Below, piece by piece: positions 62,842-64,000 of a stretch of 64,000 nt of DNA. The stretch lies in NCBI GenBank assembly GCA_965153285.1, contig OZ229115.1; one strand, given 5' to 3'. Each line of letters starts with the position of its first letter. Within the stretch, counting starts at the first letter, position 1. The stretch comes from Podarcis tiliguerta. Taxonomy: Eukaryota. Under the pieces are notes generated by a model, which ran no database searches, was not told where the DNA came from, and saw nothing but the letters and a program-made list of their open reading frames with translations. A program made the position numbers and the translations under genes.

Positions 62842-63081
62842 CTGGAACATAATGGCATGACAACAGTTTTGAAGCCTTCAGAAAATTCATTACAAATTTT
62901 CCTCTCTGCTTTCATACTGTAAATTGGCTACAAAGCTGCTCAGCATCAATTCGTTGAAAGTATTTTTAACCTGCTCTTCTTTAAGGGTTCCAGAGTGGTG
63001 TAAAGTAGGACCTAATGTCAACAGCACTCTCCCCACAGAGAGTCATTCTCTCTTCCCCTCTGAATCCCTGGCCTCACCCAC

Positions 63082-63190
63082 TGAAGTTGGGGGAGTCTGA
63101 CCCCCAGGGTCCTAACACCCTGAAGCTGCTCCCTCTCTGGTCCGTGGGTGGGGCTAGCTTGGTCTTCCCGTTGCTGTATTCTTGAACCAT
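63082..63190 (-). CDS. Candidate start exon of the FAM107-like gene (MVQEYSNGKTKLAPPTDQRGSSFRVLGPWGSDSPNF)
   Basis: Acceptor TTTCCACAG| at 63219 and AGAATGG Kozak context. In frame with the next exon only via the CA|GTGGGT donor (63082); the stronger GG|GTGAGG donor (63078) is out of phase. Confidence 0.35.
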
Positions 63191-63279
63191 TCTTGTCCCC
63201 TAACTATTCCAGCAGTGAGCTGTGGAAAGATCTCTAAATGTTAATGAAATGGCTTGGATAGGCGTATCATAGTGTAGAT

Positions 63280-63534
63280 CAGGGGTCAGCAACCTTTTCC
63301 AGCCGTGGGCTGGTCCACCGTCCCTCAGACCATGTGGTGGGCCAGGCTATTATTTTGAAGGGGGGGTGGAATGAACGAATTTATATGCCCCACAAATAAC
63401 CCAGAGATGCATTTTAAATAAAAGGACACATTCTACTCATGTAAAAACATGCTGATTCCCGGACCATCTGCGGGCTGGATTGAGAAGGCGATTGGGCCGG
63501 ATCCAGCCTGCGGGCCTTAGTTTGCCTACCCATG
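63280..63534 (+). mobile_element. hAT-type MITE (third copy)
   Basis: TIRs CAGGGGTCAGCAA / TTTGCCTACCCATG; TSD GTGTAGAT/GTGTAAAT. Confidence 0.88.
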
Positions 63535-63969
63535 GTGTAAATCTTCCTCAATACCTGGGGCTTACTGAATGACTTGGTTGAGAACAAGGCAATTCATATG
63601 CAGTTGAAGTGCGGGCTTGAATGTTCTTCCATTTCTGAGATCCTTTAAGACAGGGTTGGCATTGTAATGCAAATGACACATCAGGTCAGTCACAGATGGT
63701 CCATCAAGACTTCTGTTATGTTAAGTCTTCCACACAGATTATTATTATACAAATGCACCCCCATGTGGCGAAACCACAAATTCCAACACTGAACATTTCA
63801 GTACCTGAAATCTATGGTTGCTACCTCTTTTTTCACCACTCCGGGGCACAATTATACCATTATTTAACCATGAAAACCTTGATAAACTGTTTATAATTCC
63901 ATTAAAAAATGATCATGTGAATGACATTTAAAAGAGGAAATTTTATGGAGGTTTTAAAAAGGGTTTCAC

Positions 63970-64000
63970 AATCATAGAATCATAGAATCATAGAATCATA
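63970..64000 (-). repeat. (ATCATAGA)n octamer tail of a CR1 or CR1-mobilised SINE running off the window
   Basis: The reverse complement (TTCTATGA)n is the canonical CR1 3' microsatellite. Confidence 0.75.

Overview
Eukaryotic (vertebrate) genomic DNA from a squamate reptile, most likely a lacertid lizard, judging from Sauria SINEs and characteristic hAT/Tc1 MITEs. It corresponds to the region syntenic with human 1q32.1. Three protein-coding genes lie on the minus strand. (1) A complete INAVA/C1orf106 has 9 coding exons (17828->2598; 1806 nt, 601 aa; all splice phases reconcile) and a probable CpG-island first exon at ~41.4-41.7 kb. (2) GPR25 has an intronless CDS (57152->56031). (3) A three-exon FAM107-family gene (62841->60304, start unresolved) has, to my knowledge, no counterpart at this position in human. 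The first ~1 kb looks like the 3' end of a plus-strand gene (KIF21B by synteny), tail-to-tail with INAVA. The rest is intron or intergenic DNA with many transposable elements, several of them nested and with readable target-site duplications. The best leads are the FAM107-like gene as a probable third ohnolog (FAM107B-FRMD4A / FAM107A-FRMD4B / FAM107-like-INAVA) and an upstream ORF, MPPMPKLNEIP, that matches the N-terminus of the long human INAVA isoform but stops before the splice donor here. All comparisons to human proteins and gene order are from memory and need checking by alignment. Most ORFs in the supplied track are noise.
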